Below, piece after piece: positions 1 through 10,492 of a DNA stretch of 64,000 bases. The notes below the pieces were generated by a model. It made no database searches, was not told the DNA's origin, and worked only from the letters and a program-made list of their open reading frames with translations. How positions within the stretch are numbered: position 1 is the first letter of the stretch; every line of letters starts with the position of its first letter. The stretch is from NCBI GenBank assembly GCA_017458125.1, contig JAFTGB010000043.1, positions 1,275-65,274 on the forward strand. Reading direction: 5' to 3'. The stretch comes from Prevotella sp. (lineage in GTDB: Bacteria > Bacteroidota > Bacteroidia > Bacteroidales > Bacteroidaceae). Position numbers and translations under genes: made by a program.

Positions 1-77
1 TTCTTCAGCCAGCCTTGCGCATCGGCGTTAGCCGCGAAGGCCACTGCCAGCATCAGCGTCATTAATAATTTTCTCAT
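1..77 (-). CDS. 5' fragment of a secreted protein (runs off the window start)
   Basis: The minus strand from ATG at 77 reads MRKLLMTLMLAVAFAANADAQGWLKK, a typical Bacteroidetes signal peptide with AxA-Q cleavage; divergent from the PL10 gene. Confidence 0.75.
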   Translation of the reverse strand, partial: MRKLLMTLMLAVAFAANADAQGWLK

Positions 78-211
78 AGTCTTGTAAGTTATAATGTTTA
101 TGTTGATGTCCGTTTTGCCGACAAATATAGTTATTCTCCCTCAGACCGACAAAAATATTTGTAGAATATTGTATGAAAGCATGTTAGTGTTAAATAATCC
201 ACAACTTTTCC

Positions 212-242
212 TTTGTCGTTTGCTTGCTTCTTTGTAACTTTG
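212..242 (+). promoter_or_regulatory. Bacteroidetes sigma70-type promoter
   Basis: TTTG at 212-215, 19-nt spacer, TAACTTTG at 235-242, 25 nt upstream of the ORF start at 268. Confidence 0.7.
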
Positions 243-267
243 CGAGGACTAAACTAAAACAAAGACG

Positions 268-2406
268 ATGATGAAAAAACTACTGACCATTCTGCTGATG
301 ACCGTGACGCTCGTCGTGACAGCAGACGCCCAGCGTGGACGCGGCGGCAGAAATCTGCCCACCAACGAGAGTGACGAATACTATAAGAGCGACGAAGCGC
401 GTCGCATAGGCGACCAGGTGCTGCTCTACCAGCGTGTGACGGGCGGCTGGCCCAAGAACATCAACATGGCCAAGCCCCTGACCGCTGAGGAGCGCGCACA
501 GGTGCTCAACGACAAGGAGCGGCAGGACGACTCGACGACCGACAACGGCGCCACCAACCAGCAGATGCTCTTCCTGGCCAGGCTCTATCAGGCCAACAAG
601 GACGCCCGTTACAAGGAAGGCTTCAACAAGGCTGTGGAATACCTGTTGAGCGGGCAGTACGACAACGGCGGCTGGCCCCAGTTCTGGCCCGTCATGCGCG
701 ACTACCAGATACACATCACCTATAACGACGACGCCATGGTAAACACCATGAACCTGCTGCGCGACGTGGCCCGGCAGCAAGCGCCCTACCAGGGACTGGC
801 CGACAAGCGGCTGCGCCAGCGTTGCCTCAAGGCCTTTGACAAGGGTGTCGAGTGCATGCTCGTCACCCAGATGCGCGACAAAGACGGGCGGCTGACCATC
901 TGGTGTCAGCAGCACGACCGCGACACCTACGAGCCGGCACCCGCCCGTGCCTACGAGCTGCCGTCCTACTGTCCGATGGAAAGTGCCAGCATCGTACGCC
1001 TGCTCATGCAGCAGCCCAACCCCGACGCACGCATCAGGCAGGCCGTCCATGCCGCCATGGCATGGTTCGACAAATATAAGCTGACGGGGCTGCGCATTGT
1101 ACGCACCGGGCCGTGGGCCAGCATGGACGGCGACACCCGTCTGGTGGAGGACGCGCAGGCCGCTCCCATCTGGGGACGCTACTACGACTTGAAGCACTGC
1201 GAGCCCTACGTCTGCGACCGCGACGGCGTGCCCCGCCGCCGACTGGAGGACATCGGCCACGAGCGGCGCAACGGCTATGCCTGGTTCAGCAACCGTCCCG
1301 CCGAACTCTACCCGTTGTACGAGGAGTGGGCTAACCGCTACGACCCGCAGCATAAGGTCAGTATCAGCCTCACCACCAAGGGTGCCAACGAGAACGGACT
1401 CATCGAGCTGTTCCGCCAGCCCGAGAAAGATGTCAGGGACTTCGATGCCGTGGTCAATGCCGGCGAGAGCATACAGGCTGCCATCGGGAAGGCACCGCTG
1501 AAGTCCGACAAGCCTTTCAGGATATTCATCCGCAAAGGCCTCTACGCCCAGAAAGTCATCGTCGACCGCCCGAACATCGTGCTCGTGGGCGAGCAGCGCG
1601 ACAGCACCTGCATCGTGCTGGCCGAAACCGAGGAGACGCGTACCGTCAAGGAGTATAACGGACAGCCCGTACACCACGGCGTCGTGGTGTTGCAGGAGGG
1701 TGCCGACGACTGCGTCATCAGCGGACTGACCATCTACAACAACTATGGCACGGCGGTGGAACCCGGCAACACCAAACACCAGATGGCCGTCTACGGCCGG
1801 GCCACCCGCACCATCATCGTCAACAGCAACATCTGGGCCGACGGCAACGACGCCCTGTCACTGTGGGCGCGCGATGGCGGCATGTACTACCACGCCGACC
1901 TGTTCCTGCGCTGTCCCGGAGTCGACTTCCTGTGTCCGCGCGGCCTGTGCTACGTCACCCGCTGCCGCTTCTACGGCGACAGCCGCGCCATACTGTGGCA
2001 CGACGGCCGCGGCGACCCCAACCGGAAGTTAGTGGTCACCAATTCTGAGTTCGACGCCAAGAGTCCTACCCCTTTAGGCCGCTACCACCACGACTCGCAG
2101 TTCTACATCGTCAACTGCAAGCTGTCGGCCAACATCATGGACCGCAACATCGAGCACGCCTACAAGGGACGCACGGCCGACGAGATGGCCAAGGAGGGCA
2201 AGCGGCTCGACCCCTGCCCGTGGGGACAGCGCGTCTACTACCAGAGCTGCCGCCGCGAAGGCGGCCACAGCGGCTGGCTCGCCGACAACCTGTCGGCAGC
2301 CCCCGGCAGTCCCGAGTTCCACACGGTGACGGCTGCCTGGACGTTCGGCGGCCAGTGGGACCCGGAGCAGCGCATCCGCGACCTGTGGGACGTCATAGCC
2401 TATTGA
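268..2406 (+). CDS. pelA: Pectate lyase (PL10/PelA family) fused to a C-terminal pectin methylesterase (CE8) domain
   Basis: Signal peptide; PL10 motifs GGWPKN, STTDNGAT, GGWPQF, HITYNDD, WCQQHD, PARAYE, ERRNGY; CE8-like C-terminus (SIQAAI, IFIRKGLY, HQMA, GNDAL, GVDF, LGRY). Confidence 0.9.
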   Translation: MMKKLLTILLMTVTLVVTADAQRGRGGRNLPTNESDEYYKSDEARRIGDQVLLYQRVTGGWPKNINMAKPLTAEERAQVLNDKERQDDSTTDNGATNQQMLFLARLYQANKDARYKEGFNKAVEYLLSGQYDNGGWPQFWPVMRDYQIHITYNDDAMVNTMNLLRDVARQQAPYQGLADKRLRQRCLKAFDKGVECMLVTQMRDKDGRLTIWCQQHDRDTYEPAPARAYELPSYCPMESASIVRLLMQQPNPDARIRQAVHAAMAWFDKYKLTGLRIVRTGPWASMDGDTRLVEDAQAAPIWGRYYDLKHCEPYVCDRDGVPRRRLEDIGHERRNGYAWFSNRPAELYPLYEEWANRYDPQHKVSISLTTKGANENGLIELFRQPEKDVRDFDAVVNAGESIQAAIGKAPLKSDKPFRIFIRKGLYAQKVIVDRPNIVLVGEQRDSTCIVLAETEETRTVKEYNGQPVHHGVVVLQEGADDCVISGLTIYNNYGTAVEPGNTKHQMAVYGRATRTIIVNSNIWADGNDALSLWARDGGMYYHADLFLRCPGVDFLCPRGLCYVTRCRFYGDSRAILWHDGRGDPNRKLVVTNSEFDAKSPTPLGRYHHDSQFYIVNCKLSANIMDRNIEHAYKGRTADEMAKEGKRLDPCPWGQRVYYQSCRREGGHSGWLADNLSAAPGSPEFHTVTAAWTFGGQWDPEQRIRDLWDVIAY

Positions 2407-2536
2407 CCCCAGGGCCGCAGGCACTCCATAAAAAGGGCAGCAGAAATGCTAATAAGTCGCATGATTTTTGTACTTTTGCAGCGGAAATCGTCATTTTAGA
2501 CGTTTGCAAGAATAAAGTATCAACTCCTCATCAATC

Positions 2537-3666
2537 ATGTACGACCAAATAAGGGAAGACACTCTCTTTATTATATTTTATACTTTAGTGACAGGTATGG
2601 CTATGATGGCAAGCTTTTACCTGATGTTCCGTCAGGGCAACGCCATTGCCGCTGATATCACGCCCCCGGTACGCCTGCGCCGCTGGACGGCAGTATTCTT
2701 CGCTTCTGTCGCCTTGAATCACATATGGTATATGCCCATATTCTTCCTTTCATCGACAGAGGGTATCCTGATGACCGACCTTATTGGCGGATTGCTCGAC
2801 TGTATGACGCTTTTTCCTCTGGCGATAGTCGTGTTGTCCGTTATGCTGCAAGACCGCAGACGACCGCTGTGGCCTGTTGCCTTGATGATGATACCAATTA
2901 TTGCGGCAGGGATATTCAACGTTGCCAACCACAGTTATGCCCTTCTGCCGTTAATATATATTTACTTTTTTTCATGTGCCTTGGCTTAATCATATATATG
3001 GTTCGTGCGTTGAAGCAATATGGTCGTTGGCTGCGCGACAACTTTGCCGACCTGGAGAACAAGGAGGTGTGGCAGAGTTTCGTGGTGCTGACCATCATTA
3101 TGCTGGTGTTCGTCGTCTATGCGTTTACCAGCGAAGGCCCCGCTTATCAGTATGCCATGCAGGCAGTCATCTTTGTACTAATCTGCTATCTCCTGTGGCG
3201 AGTAGAGACGTTAAGCAATCTGAGTATACATGACTCTTTGCCTTTTCCTGTTGATGAAGAAACCGCCACTACAACAGAATATGCGGAAGACACCAATCTT
3301 TCACAAACCAGTCACGACAACATTGGGTCATTGCTGCAGCAGTATTGTATAGACACGCAACTCTATCTACAGCACGACCTGACTCTTATCCAGCTTTCCA
3401 AGGCTATTGGTACCAACCGTCTCTATCTCAGCCGTTATTTCTCCTGTCAGGGTATGAATTACAATGCTTACGTCAACAATCTTCGCATCAATCACTTTGT
3501 CAACCTCTATCGCGAGGCTGTTGTTGCCCGGCAGTCCTTCACCATTAAGCAGCTGGCTCACGAAAGTGGATACCGCAGCTACAGTACCTTTAATGATGCC
3601 TTCAAGCGTAAGATGGGACAGTCGGTGACAGCCTGGATGAAGACTCTGCATGGAGGGCTGGAATAA
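2537..3666 (+). pseudogene. Membrane-anchored AraC-family transcriptional regulator, split by a frameshift in a T7 tract
   Basis: ORF 2537-2989 has several TM helices; the overlapping frame (to 3666) has more TMs plus an AraC HTH (LYLQHDLTLIQLSKAIGTNRLYLSRYF...SGYRSYSTFNDAFKRKMG). Adding one T to TTTTTTT at 2966-2972 joins them (..YIYFFFMCLG..). Confidence 0.85.
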
Positions 3667-3674
3667 TCTTAGAA

Positions 3675-3712
3675 CACCGAAATCGGCAAAAACAGCAACG
3701 AAATCAGCAAAA
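3675..3712 (+). promoter_or_regulatory. Putative AraC operator: tandem 17-bp direct repeat with a 21-bp period
   Basis: CACCGAAATCGGCAAAA (3675-3691) and CAACGAAATCAGCAAAA (3696-3712), 15/17 identical, upstream of TAACTTTG at 3761-3768. Confidence 0.6.
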
Positions 3713-3811
3713 TTGCAGTTTTCTACTTAAGGCCATGATGCTTTTTTGATGAAAAACAGTTAACTTTGCCAGCATGACAAAAGTATTAATAACTAAGATC
3801 TAAGGAAAGAC

Positions 3812-5482
3812 ATGAAAGTGAAAGCAGATCAAATCATCAGAAACGCAAAAATCTTCACAGCAAACACGAACAACCTGCTGGCGTCAGCACTGGTTGTGAA
3901 GGACGGTAAATTCATCTATGTCGGTGACGAGTCTGGCCTTTCGGATTATGAGGGCGAAGTAATCGACCTCGGCGGAAAGTTTATCATGCCCGGCATCATC
4001 GACAGTCATGTGCATGTGACGACAAGCATCGGATTCGCCTATATGGATCCCGGCGAGTATGTCGTGTGCTCTAACAAACAGGAAGCCCTGGACTTTATGG
4101 CCGGACGCATCAAGAGCAATCCTGGCATGAAACGTTACAGATTCATTCTGGAACGTAAATACCTTAATGGGGATGACATCGTCAAGGAAGACTTGGATGC
4201 CATCTGCCCGGATGCAGAACTCCTGATTCTGGAAGGCGAAGGCCACAGTGTCTGGGTGAACTCCAAGATTCTCGACAGGCACGGCATCACCGACGAGACA
4301 CCCGACCGCGTGCCAGAACTCAGTTATTACGTGCGCAAGGACGGCCATGTGACAGGAAACGCATTCGAGTCCTCGGGCTGGCACATGCTCTTCGACGACT
4401 TGAATGTGACAGATGAACAGATTGATGCAGAGCTGATGCGTTGGATAGATTATTCTGTAAAGGCCGGTGTAACCGTTGTCTTCGACGCAGGTTTTCCTGA
4501 GGGCGAGGCTCTCCACGAACGTATCTACGAACGTCTGTACGAGCTGGACAAGCAGGGCAAGCTGCCTGTCTATATCGACGGAAGCATTGCACTCACGGAC
4601 CCCAAGAAGATGAAGGAAGTGGTGGAAGAGGTAAAGCGCTTCCGCCAGAAGTTCGACAGCAAGCACTTGAATGTCCATACCTTTAAGGTATTCATGGACG
4701 GTACATTGAGAATTGAGACGGCTGCCCAGGTCACCCCCTATATAGATACCCATAAGAGAGGTGCTACCACTTTCACCAAGGAAGAGGTTGCAGAGGTGAT
4801 GAAGCTGCTCAACGATGCAGGATTGGACTTCCATGCACATAACGTAGGTGAACAATCTTCCCGCACTGTTCTCGACGGAGTAGAACTGGCCAGAAAGGAA
4901 CTTGGCGACAAATTCCGTGTTAGAGTTACCTGTGCTCATCTGGAGATACAGGATGATGCTGATATGGGCCGGTTTGCTAAGTTGGGCGTTACTGCCAACT
5001 ACTCACCATGGTGGCACGCAGGATGTACGGGTGGCAATCCCTTTGAGGTATGGAGCAGTCTGCTTGGTGAGGAGCGTGCCAATAAGATGTATCGCAGCAA
5101 GACGATGTGGAACACAGGTGCCAATGTGACCTGGTCGAGTGATAACATCATCTATGGCGACTTCTTGACCTGGAGTCCCTATCTTGGTATGGAAGTCGGC
5201 ATGACGCGAAATATCAACGAAAAGGCGAAAGCTCCTGAAAGGACCAGAGTAGTTGCAGAATACCCTTCTCCAAAAGAGAAAATGAACATTGAGGAAATGA
5301 TGCTGGGATATACCATCAACGGCGCCAAACAACTTGGCATCGAAGCCTCTAAGGGCTCTATAGAGGTAGGCAAGGATGCTGACTTCCTGGTATTCGACAA
5401 CGACCTGCTGACGGCAGAGCATGAAGGCTTTAGCCACAACATGCCGAGTGAAGTGTATATTGACGGGAAGAAAATGAATTAA
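3812..5482 (+). CDS. Amidohydrolase family 3 (YtcJ-like) metal-dependent hydrolase
   Basis: NAKIFT, PGIIDSHVH (HxH), KVFMDG, HAHNVG, AHLE, WSSD, YTINGAKQLG..KGSIEVGKDADFLV. Confidence 0.9.
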   Translation: MKVKADQIIRNAKIFTANTNNLLASALVVKDGKFIYVGDESGLSDYEGEVIDLGGKFIMPGIIDSHVHVTTSIGFAYMDPGEYVVCSNKQEALDFMAGRIKSNPGMKRYRFILERKYLNGDDIVKEDLDAICPDAELLILEGEGHSVWVNSKILDRHGITDETPDRVPELSYYVRKDGHVTGNAFESSGWHMLFDDLNVTDEQIDAELMRWIDYSVKAGVTVVFDAGFPEGEALHERIYERLYELDKQGKLPVYIDGSIALTDPKKMKEVVEEVKRFRQKFDSKHLNVHTFKVFMDGTLRIETAAQVTPYIDTHKRGATTFTKEEVAEVMKLLNDAGLDFHAHNVGEQSSRTVLDGVELARKELGDKFRVRVTCAHLEIQDDADMGRFAKLGVTANYSPWWHAGCTGGNPFEVWSSLLGEERANKMYRSKTMWNTGANVTWSSDNIIYGDFLTWSPYLGMEVGMTRNINEKAKAPERTRVVAEYPSPKEKMNIEEMMLGYTINGAKQLGIEASKGSIEVGKDADFLVFDNDLLTAEHEGFSHNMPSEVYIDGKKMN

Positions 5483-5497
5483 AAAAGAAATGAGAAT

Positions 5498-6508
5498 ATG
5501 AAAACGAAAAGCGCAGAACTCCTTGCAAAAGGATACGAACTGATAGATGGTATCACGGTACCTGTTGGGACATCAAATATAGATTTGGGTGTAGAGGGGA
5601 AAGAACCCCAAAACGCAGAAAAACTGACTATTGCCGTAGGTATCGAGAAGATAAACATGTATGTCTTCCGTCCGTCAAATTACAAAGAGGGCGAGAAAAC
5701 ACCGCTTGTCTATTTCATTCACGGCGGTGGCTATCATTTTGGCAATGTGAGCATGGATGAGGCAAAAATACAGGGTGTGGCAGATGGGAGCGGCGCCACG
5801 GTGATAGCTCCTGACTATACACTTTCTCTGGATCCTTCTTACAAATATCCCATGGAGCTTGAACAAGTATATGCAGGACTTCTCTATGCTTATGAGCATG
5901 CGGACGAATTGAGTGTAGACCCGGATAATATTGTCATTGAGGGAGAAAGTGCCGGTGGCGGACTGACCGCTCGCCTGGCTCTTTATAACAAGGACAAAGG
6001 ACGGGTGCCTCTGAATGGCCAAGTGCTGATTTATCCCATGCTTGACTACCGTACCGGTGGTGAAAAGGATATTTACAATAACGAATATGCCGGGGAGTGT
6101 GTCTGGACAAAGGAGAATAATGTCTTTGGATGGGGAAAACTGATCGAAGGCCAGGACAAGGAGCTTTCCGATGAGGAAATGATCTATTTCTCACCAGCAG
6201 TGGCAACTGTTGAGCAGCTGAAAGGATTGCCTGAGACCTTCATGATTGTCGGCAGTCTTGATCTTTTCTGCGATGAAGACATGGCCTATGCCCAGAAGCT
6301 TATGGAGGCTGGTGTTTTCACAGAGCTTTATGTAGAGCCCGGAGTGCCTCACGCTTATGAGTATTTAGAGTGGACGCCTCAGGCACACAGGTTTATTGAG
6401 CTTAGAAACCATGCAACGGCACGGATGCTTGGAGCTGAAAAAGATGTTAAAGAGTCTGCTGAAGAAAAAGCTTTCAGAGAGTTATTGTCAAAGTACAACA
6501 TTGTGTAG
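5498..6508 (+). CDS. Alpha/beta hydrolase, HSL (family IV) esterase/lipase
   Basis: HGGG oxyanion motif, GESAGG nucleophile, D(LFCDE) and H(AY) catalytic residues. Confidence 0.9.
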   Translation: MKTKSAELLAKGYELIDGITVPVGTSNIDLGVEGKEPQNAEKLTIAVGIEKINMYVFRPSNYKEGEKTPLVYFIHGGGYHFGNVSMDEAKIQGVADGSGATVIAPDYTLSLDPSYKYPMELEQVYAGLLYAYEHADELSVDPDNIVIEGESAGGGLTARLALYNKDKGRVPLNGQVLIYPMLDYRTGGEKDIYNNEYAGECVWTKENNVFGWGKLIEGQDKELSDEEMIYFSPAVATVEQLKGLPETFMIVGSLDLFCDEDMAYAQKLMEAGVFTELYVEPGVPHAYEYLEWTPQAHRFIELRNHATARMLGAEKDVKESAEEKAFRELLSKYNIV

Positions 6509-6535
6509 TAATCAGATTGTTAAAAGGTTCAAAAG

Positions 6536-7495
6536 ATGATGAAGGCAATTCTAGATTACTCCCAGAAGAACAACTGGTGTAAATTTCCGGAAATTACTAA
6601 GGACATAGATACATTCTATATTTTTGCTACTGAGTATATCTTGGGAAGCTTCGCAGAGGGTGCCCCGGATTACGGCACACTTGACAATCAAGAAATGCTT
6701 GATGGTATGGAAGTTGAGTATTTGGAGCATGCAACAGCCTATGCGGATGCCACCAATGTGTTCGCACCATACTATCGTCAGTCAGGCTTAAAGTTTGCGG
6801 AGGAAATCTATAGGAGAGACGGCAACTTTGAGGCTGCACTCATCGGCACGCCCATTGACGACATCACCGCAGCCCTCGACTACTACTTTGAACACTACAA
6901 CGAGGGTCGCCCGTTCATTATCGCAGGTCATAGCCAGGGCTCCGCATTGGTCAAGGTGGTGTTGATGAAATACTTCAAGGATCACCCTGACTACTACCAG
7001 CGCATGGTAGCTGCATACGTCATAGGCTACTCTGTAACGAAAGAAGACCTTGAGAACTATCCGTATCTGAGATTCGCCACTGGCGAGAGTGACGCAGGTG
7101 TCATTGTCAGCTGGAACACCGAGGGTCCAAAGAATGTTGAGTATAATGCCAAGACCGTGGTGCTGCTGCCCAATGCTATCAGTATCAACCCGCTGAACTG
7201 GAAACGCGACGAGACTTATGCACCCGCCAGTGAGAACTTGGGGTCGCTCGTGGTGAACGAGCAGACAGGTGAGCCTGAGATTGGTGACCTCGGCGCTGAC
7301 GCACAGGTGTGTCTTGCCCGTGGTACGGTAGTGACGAATGCCAAAGCAGTCCCGATGCCAGAGGATGCCGCCAAGGTGGCTGCCGAATTCTTCGGCCCCG
7401 ACGGCCGTCACGGTGAAGACTATACCTATTTTTATAACAACATCAAGGACAATGTGGCGAAGCGCATCGCAACTTATCAAAGTAGTGCGAAGTAG
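6536..7495 (+). CDS. DUF3089-family alpha/beta hydrolase
   Basis: NVFAPYYRQ, GRPFIIAGHSQG, VAAYVIG, VIVSWN, INPLNW, H..DY..FY.NIK.NV..RI. Confidence 0.85.
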   Translation: MMKAILDYSQKNNWCKFPEITKDIDTFYIFATEYILGSFAEGAPDYGTLDNQEMLDGMEVEYLEHATAYADATNVFAPYYRQSGLKFAEEIYRRDGNFEAALIGTPIDDITAALDYYFEHYNEGRPFIIAGHSQGSALVKVVLMKYFKDHPDYYQRMVAAYVIGYSVTKEDLENYPYLRFATGESDAGVIVSWNTEGPKNVEYNAKTVVLLPNAISINPLNWKRDETYAPASENLGSLVVNEQTGEPEIGDLGADAQVCLARGTVVTNAKAVPMPEDAAKVAAEFFGPDGRHGEDYTYFYNNIKDNVAKRIATYQSSAK

Positions 7496-7650
7496 AGGTT
7501 AGGCAATTACTTTGTTGGTACTATGTCAGATGGTGTCAGTAAGTTATAAATCACTTTACACGCACTCGATAAAAAAAGTGGGGACGATGTTATGCAAGTT
7601 TGCCATTTTATTCGTACCTTTGCAAATAAACCCAATAAAAATGTTAAAGT

Positions 7651-8994
7651 ATGGTACAGGATTTATACGTCTTGATGATTACTGCAGCGGTAGTCAGCAT
7701 AGTGTTTAAGTTGTTAAAGCAGCCGGTGGTGCTGGGCTATATCGTTGCGGGCGTGCTGGTGGGGCCGCACCTGTTTGGCGAGACTCTTGTGAATGCGGAC
7801 AACGTGAAGCAGTGGGGCGACATCGGCGTGCTGTTCGTGCTGTTCTGCATCGGTCTGGAGTTCCGCCTGAAGAACCTCATCAGCAGCGGCAGGGTGGCGG
7901 CAATAGGTGCGCTGACCATCATTGCGGGCATGATGCTCCTGGGCTACGCCGTGGGAGCGGATGCGGACTTCGACATGGTCAACTCGCTGTTTCTGGCGGG
8001 CATGCTCTGTATGTCGAGCACCACCATCGTGATGAAGGCCATCGACGAGGCGGGCCTGAGCAAGGAGCGTTTCGTCAAGGGAGCGACCAGCATCCTTATC
8101 GTGGAGGATGTGGTGGCCGTGGTGCTGATGGTGCTGCTCTCCAGCATAGCCATCCGCCATCAGTTCGAGGGTGCCGAGCTGGCGGGCAAGGTGGTCGACC
8201 TGGCCATTACGCTCGCGGCCTGGTTCGTCTGCGGCATACTGATTATCCCGACGCTGATACGCATATTGAAAAAGCATTTGAACGACGAGACGCTGATTAT
8301 CCTCGCCCTGGGCCTCTGCCTGGGTATGGTGCTGACGGCGGAGGAGGCCGGGTTCAGCAGCGCGCTCGGCGCCTTCGTGATGGGCTCTATCCTGGCCGAG
8401 ACAGTGGAGTCGCATCGCATCGAGAAGCTGATGACGCCGCTGAAGAACGTCTTTGCCGCCATCTTCTTCATCTCCGTGGGCATGCTGATTGACCCGTCCG
8501 CGCTGTCGGAATACTGGGTGAGCATCGTCTATGTCAGTCTGGTCATTATCATCGGAATGATACTCTTCGGCACGTTGGGTTGCTGGTGGGGCGGGCAGAC
8601 GATGCGCGACGCCATGCTGACCAGCTTCTCGTTCGTGCAGATTGGTGAGTTTTCGTTCATCATCGCTGCACTGGGTACCAGTCTGGGAGTCCTCAATCCT
8701 ATGATATATCCCATCATCGTGGCATCCAGTGTGGTCACTACCTTCCTCACACCTTATATCATGAAGGCTGCAGTGCCCTGCTACACGTTCCTTTACAGTC
8801 ACGCTCCAGGGAGCTTGCGTGCTAAGATTGACCAGCGCGAGCGGCAGGTGGCAGCAGCAGAGGCAAAGGCGGCTAATGCGTCCGGCGACAAGAGCTCATT
8901 GGCAGACAGGGTGCGCCATGCCGTCAGGAATACTTTTATCACGAAGCATATAGTCAATCTGTTTATCAAGAACATGAGTGCTCATGATGAATAA
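7651..8994 (+). CDS. CPA2-family cation:proton antiporter
   Basis: Many hydrophobic helices; LKQPVVLGYIVAG, IGLEF, MSSTTIV, VEDVVAV, ALGAFVMG, FFISVGMLID, QIGEFSFII. Promoter-like TACCTTTG at 7615-7622. Confidence 0.9.
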   Translation: MVQDLYVLMITAAVVSIVFKLLKQPVVLGYIVAGVLVGPHLFGETLVNADNVKQWGDIGVLFVLFCIGLEFRLKNLISSGRVAAIGALTIIAGMMLLGYAVGADADFDMVNSLFLAGMLCMSSTTIVMKAIDEAGLSKERFVKGATSILIVEDVVAVVLMVLLSSIAIRHQFEGAELAGKVVDLAITLAAWFVCGILIIPTLIRILKKHLNDETLIILALGLCLGMVLTAEEAGFSSALGAFVMGSILAETVESHRIEKLMTPLKNVFAAIFFISVGMLIDPSALSEYWVSIVYVSLVIIIGMILFGTLGCWWGGQTMRDAMLTSFSFVQIGEFSFIIAALGTSLGVLNPMIYPIIVASSVVTTFLTPYIMKAAVPCYTFLYSHAPGSLRAKIDQRERQVAAAEAKAANASGDKSSLADRVRHAVRNTFITKHIVNLFIKNMSAHDE

Positions 8995-9030
8995 TGCAAT
9001 TGGACAAGCTGTTAGTGGTGGCCAGGTAAT

Positions 9031-10398
9031 ATGGCAAAGAGGTTAAAGGACAAAGAAAGAGACAAGATAGACTTTGGAAAGTCGAGGATAGGTCCGCTGT
9101 TCAACAGCATTTTCTATCCTACGTTGTTGTCAATGGTGTTTGCATCGCTATTTACGGTTGCAGACGGCATATTCGTAGGGCAGGGAGTGGGCAGCAATGC
9201 GCTGGCGGCTATCAATATTGTCTCGCCTCTGTTTCTGATGACGACGGGCATTGCGCTGATGTTCGGTGTGGGCGTGTCAGTCGTGGCAAGTATCCATCAG
9301 TCTCAGAACAACCACAAAGCCGCTAATATCAACATTACCCAAGCCTTCGATGTAGCTACGCTGCTGATGGCCATTATTGCTATTGCTGTCTATTTCTTCC
9401 GCATTCCTTTCTTGCGGCTTTTGGGTAGCAGCGATGCACTATTGCCATTATGTCAGGATTATCTTCTGCCCATTCTTCCTGGCTGTGTTTGCATCGTCAT
9501 CCAGATGATTGGCACTTTCGTCATCAGGCTCGACGGATCTCCAAAGTTTGCAGCCTCATTGGAGATTTTTCCAGGCTTAATGAACATCTTTCTGGATTGG
9601 CTGTTTGTGTTTCCAATGCAGATGGGGATTGCGGGTAGTGGCATTGCATCATCGATTAGCTGTGCCGCTGCCGCAGGAATGGTCGTCTGGTATATGTTCT
9701 TCCGGGCACAGCATGTCAAGATCTGTAGGCTAAAGCTTAGTCTTACCAGTTTTTATCTGACAGCGCGCAATGTCGGCTATATGACTCGTAGTGGTTTCTC
9801 CTCCATGTTGGGAGAACTGGCCATGTCCGTCATGTTGCTTACCGGCAACTACGTCTTTATACGCGAATTGGGCGAAGACGGTGTAGCCGCCTTCAGTGTG
9901 GCCTGCTATCTTTACCCTATCGTGTTCATGGTCAACAATTCTGTGGCACAGTCTGCCCAGCCCATCATCAGTTTCAATTATGGTGCAGGCAATCGCTACC
10001 GTGTGCGAAGAGCTTTCAGGGTCAGCCTCAGTACCGCTACCGTCTGTGGTGTATTGGCAACAACGTTTCTCACACTGTGTGCCAAACCTCTTGTCAGCCT
10101 TTTCCTGCAAGCAGGCACCAGTGCCTATGAGATAGCAATAGGTGGACTTCCTTTGTTCGCTTATTCTGCCATCTTCTTTGCCATGAATGTTGCCATTATC
10201 GGCTATTATCAAGCCACCGAGCAGAACACTCGGGCCACGTTGTGTATGCTGTTCCGAGGGCTGATTTTCCTTGTGCCGGCATTCATTCTGATGCCTAAAT
10301 TCATTTGTCCTCAGGGTATATGGCTCGCCGTTCCTGTTACAGAATGCATGACGCTGGGTGTAATACTCTTGACAGATAAGGGTGCCATTTGTCGTTAA
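9031..10398 (+). CDS. MATE-family efflux transporter (MepA-like)
   Basis: ADGIFVGQGVG..ALAAINI, RLDGSPK, NIFLDWLFVF, QSAQPIISFNYGAG, GIWLAVP; about 12 TMs. Confidence 0.9.
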   Translation: MAKRLKDKERDKIDFGKSRIGPLFNSIFYPTLLSMVFASLFTVADGIFVGQGVGSNALAAINIVSPLFLMTTGIALMFGVGVSVVASIHQSQNNHKAANINITQAFDVATLLMAIIAIAVYFFRIPFLRLLGSSDALLPLCQDYLLPILPGCVCIVIQMIGTFVIRLDGSPKFAASLEIFPGLMNIFLDWLFVFPMQMGIAGSGIASSISCAAAAGMVVWYMFFRAQHVKICRLKLSLTSFYLTARNVGYMTRSGFSSMLGELAMSVMLLTGNYVFIRELGEDGVAAFSVACYLYPIVFMVNNSVAQSAQPIISFNYGAGNRYRVRRAFRVSLSTATVCGVLATTFLTLCAKPLVSLFLQAGTSAYEIAIGGLPLFAYSAIFFAMNVAIIGYYQATEQNTRATLCMLFRGLIFLVPAFILMPKFICPQGIWLAVPVTECMTLGVILLTDKGAICR

Positions 10399-10438
10399 TA
10401 GAATTCACGCCATGTTACAGCCCTAAACACGATTAGCT

Positions 10439-10477
10439 TTGTACGATCAGATTCGGGAAGATACGTTCTTAATTATA
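10439..10477 (+). pseudogene. Relic of the 5' end of a paralogous membrane AraC regulator
   Basis: Encodes (L/M)YDQIREDTFLII versus MYDQIREDTLFII at 2537; synonymous codon differences show it came from a diverged paralog. Confidence 0.7.
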
Positions 10478-10492
10478 AAAAAGATAACAGAA

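Noticed and set aside
7535-7545. GTCAGTAAGTT shared with the end of the 217-bp repeat (possible att core)
   Set aside because: An 11-bp match is expected many times by chance in 64 kb.
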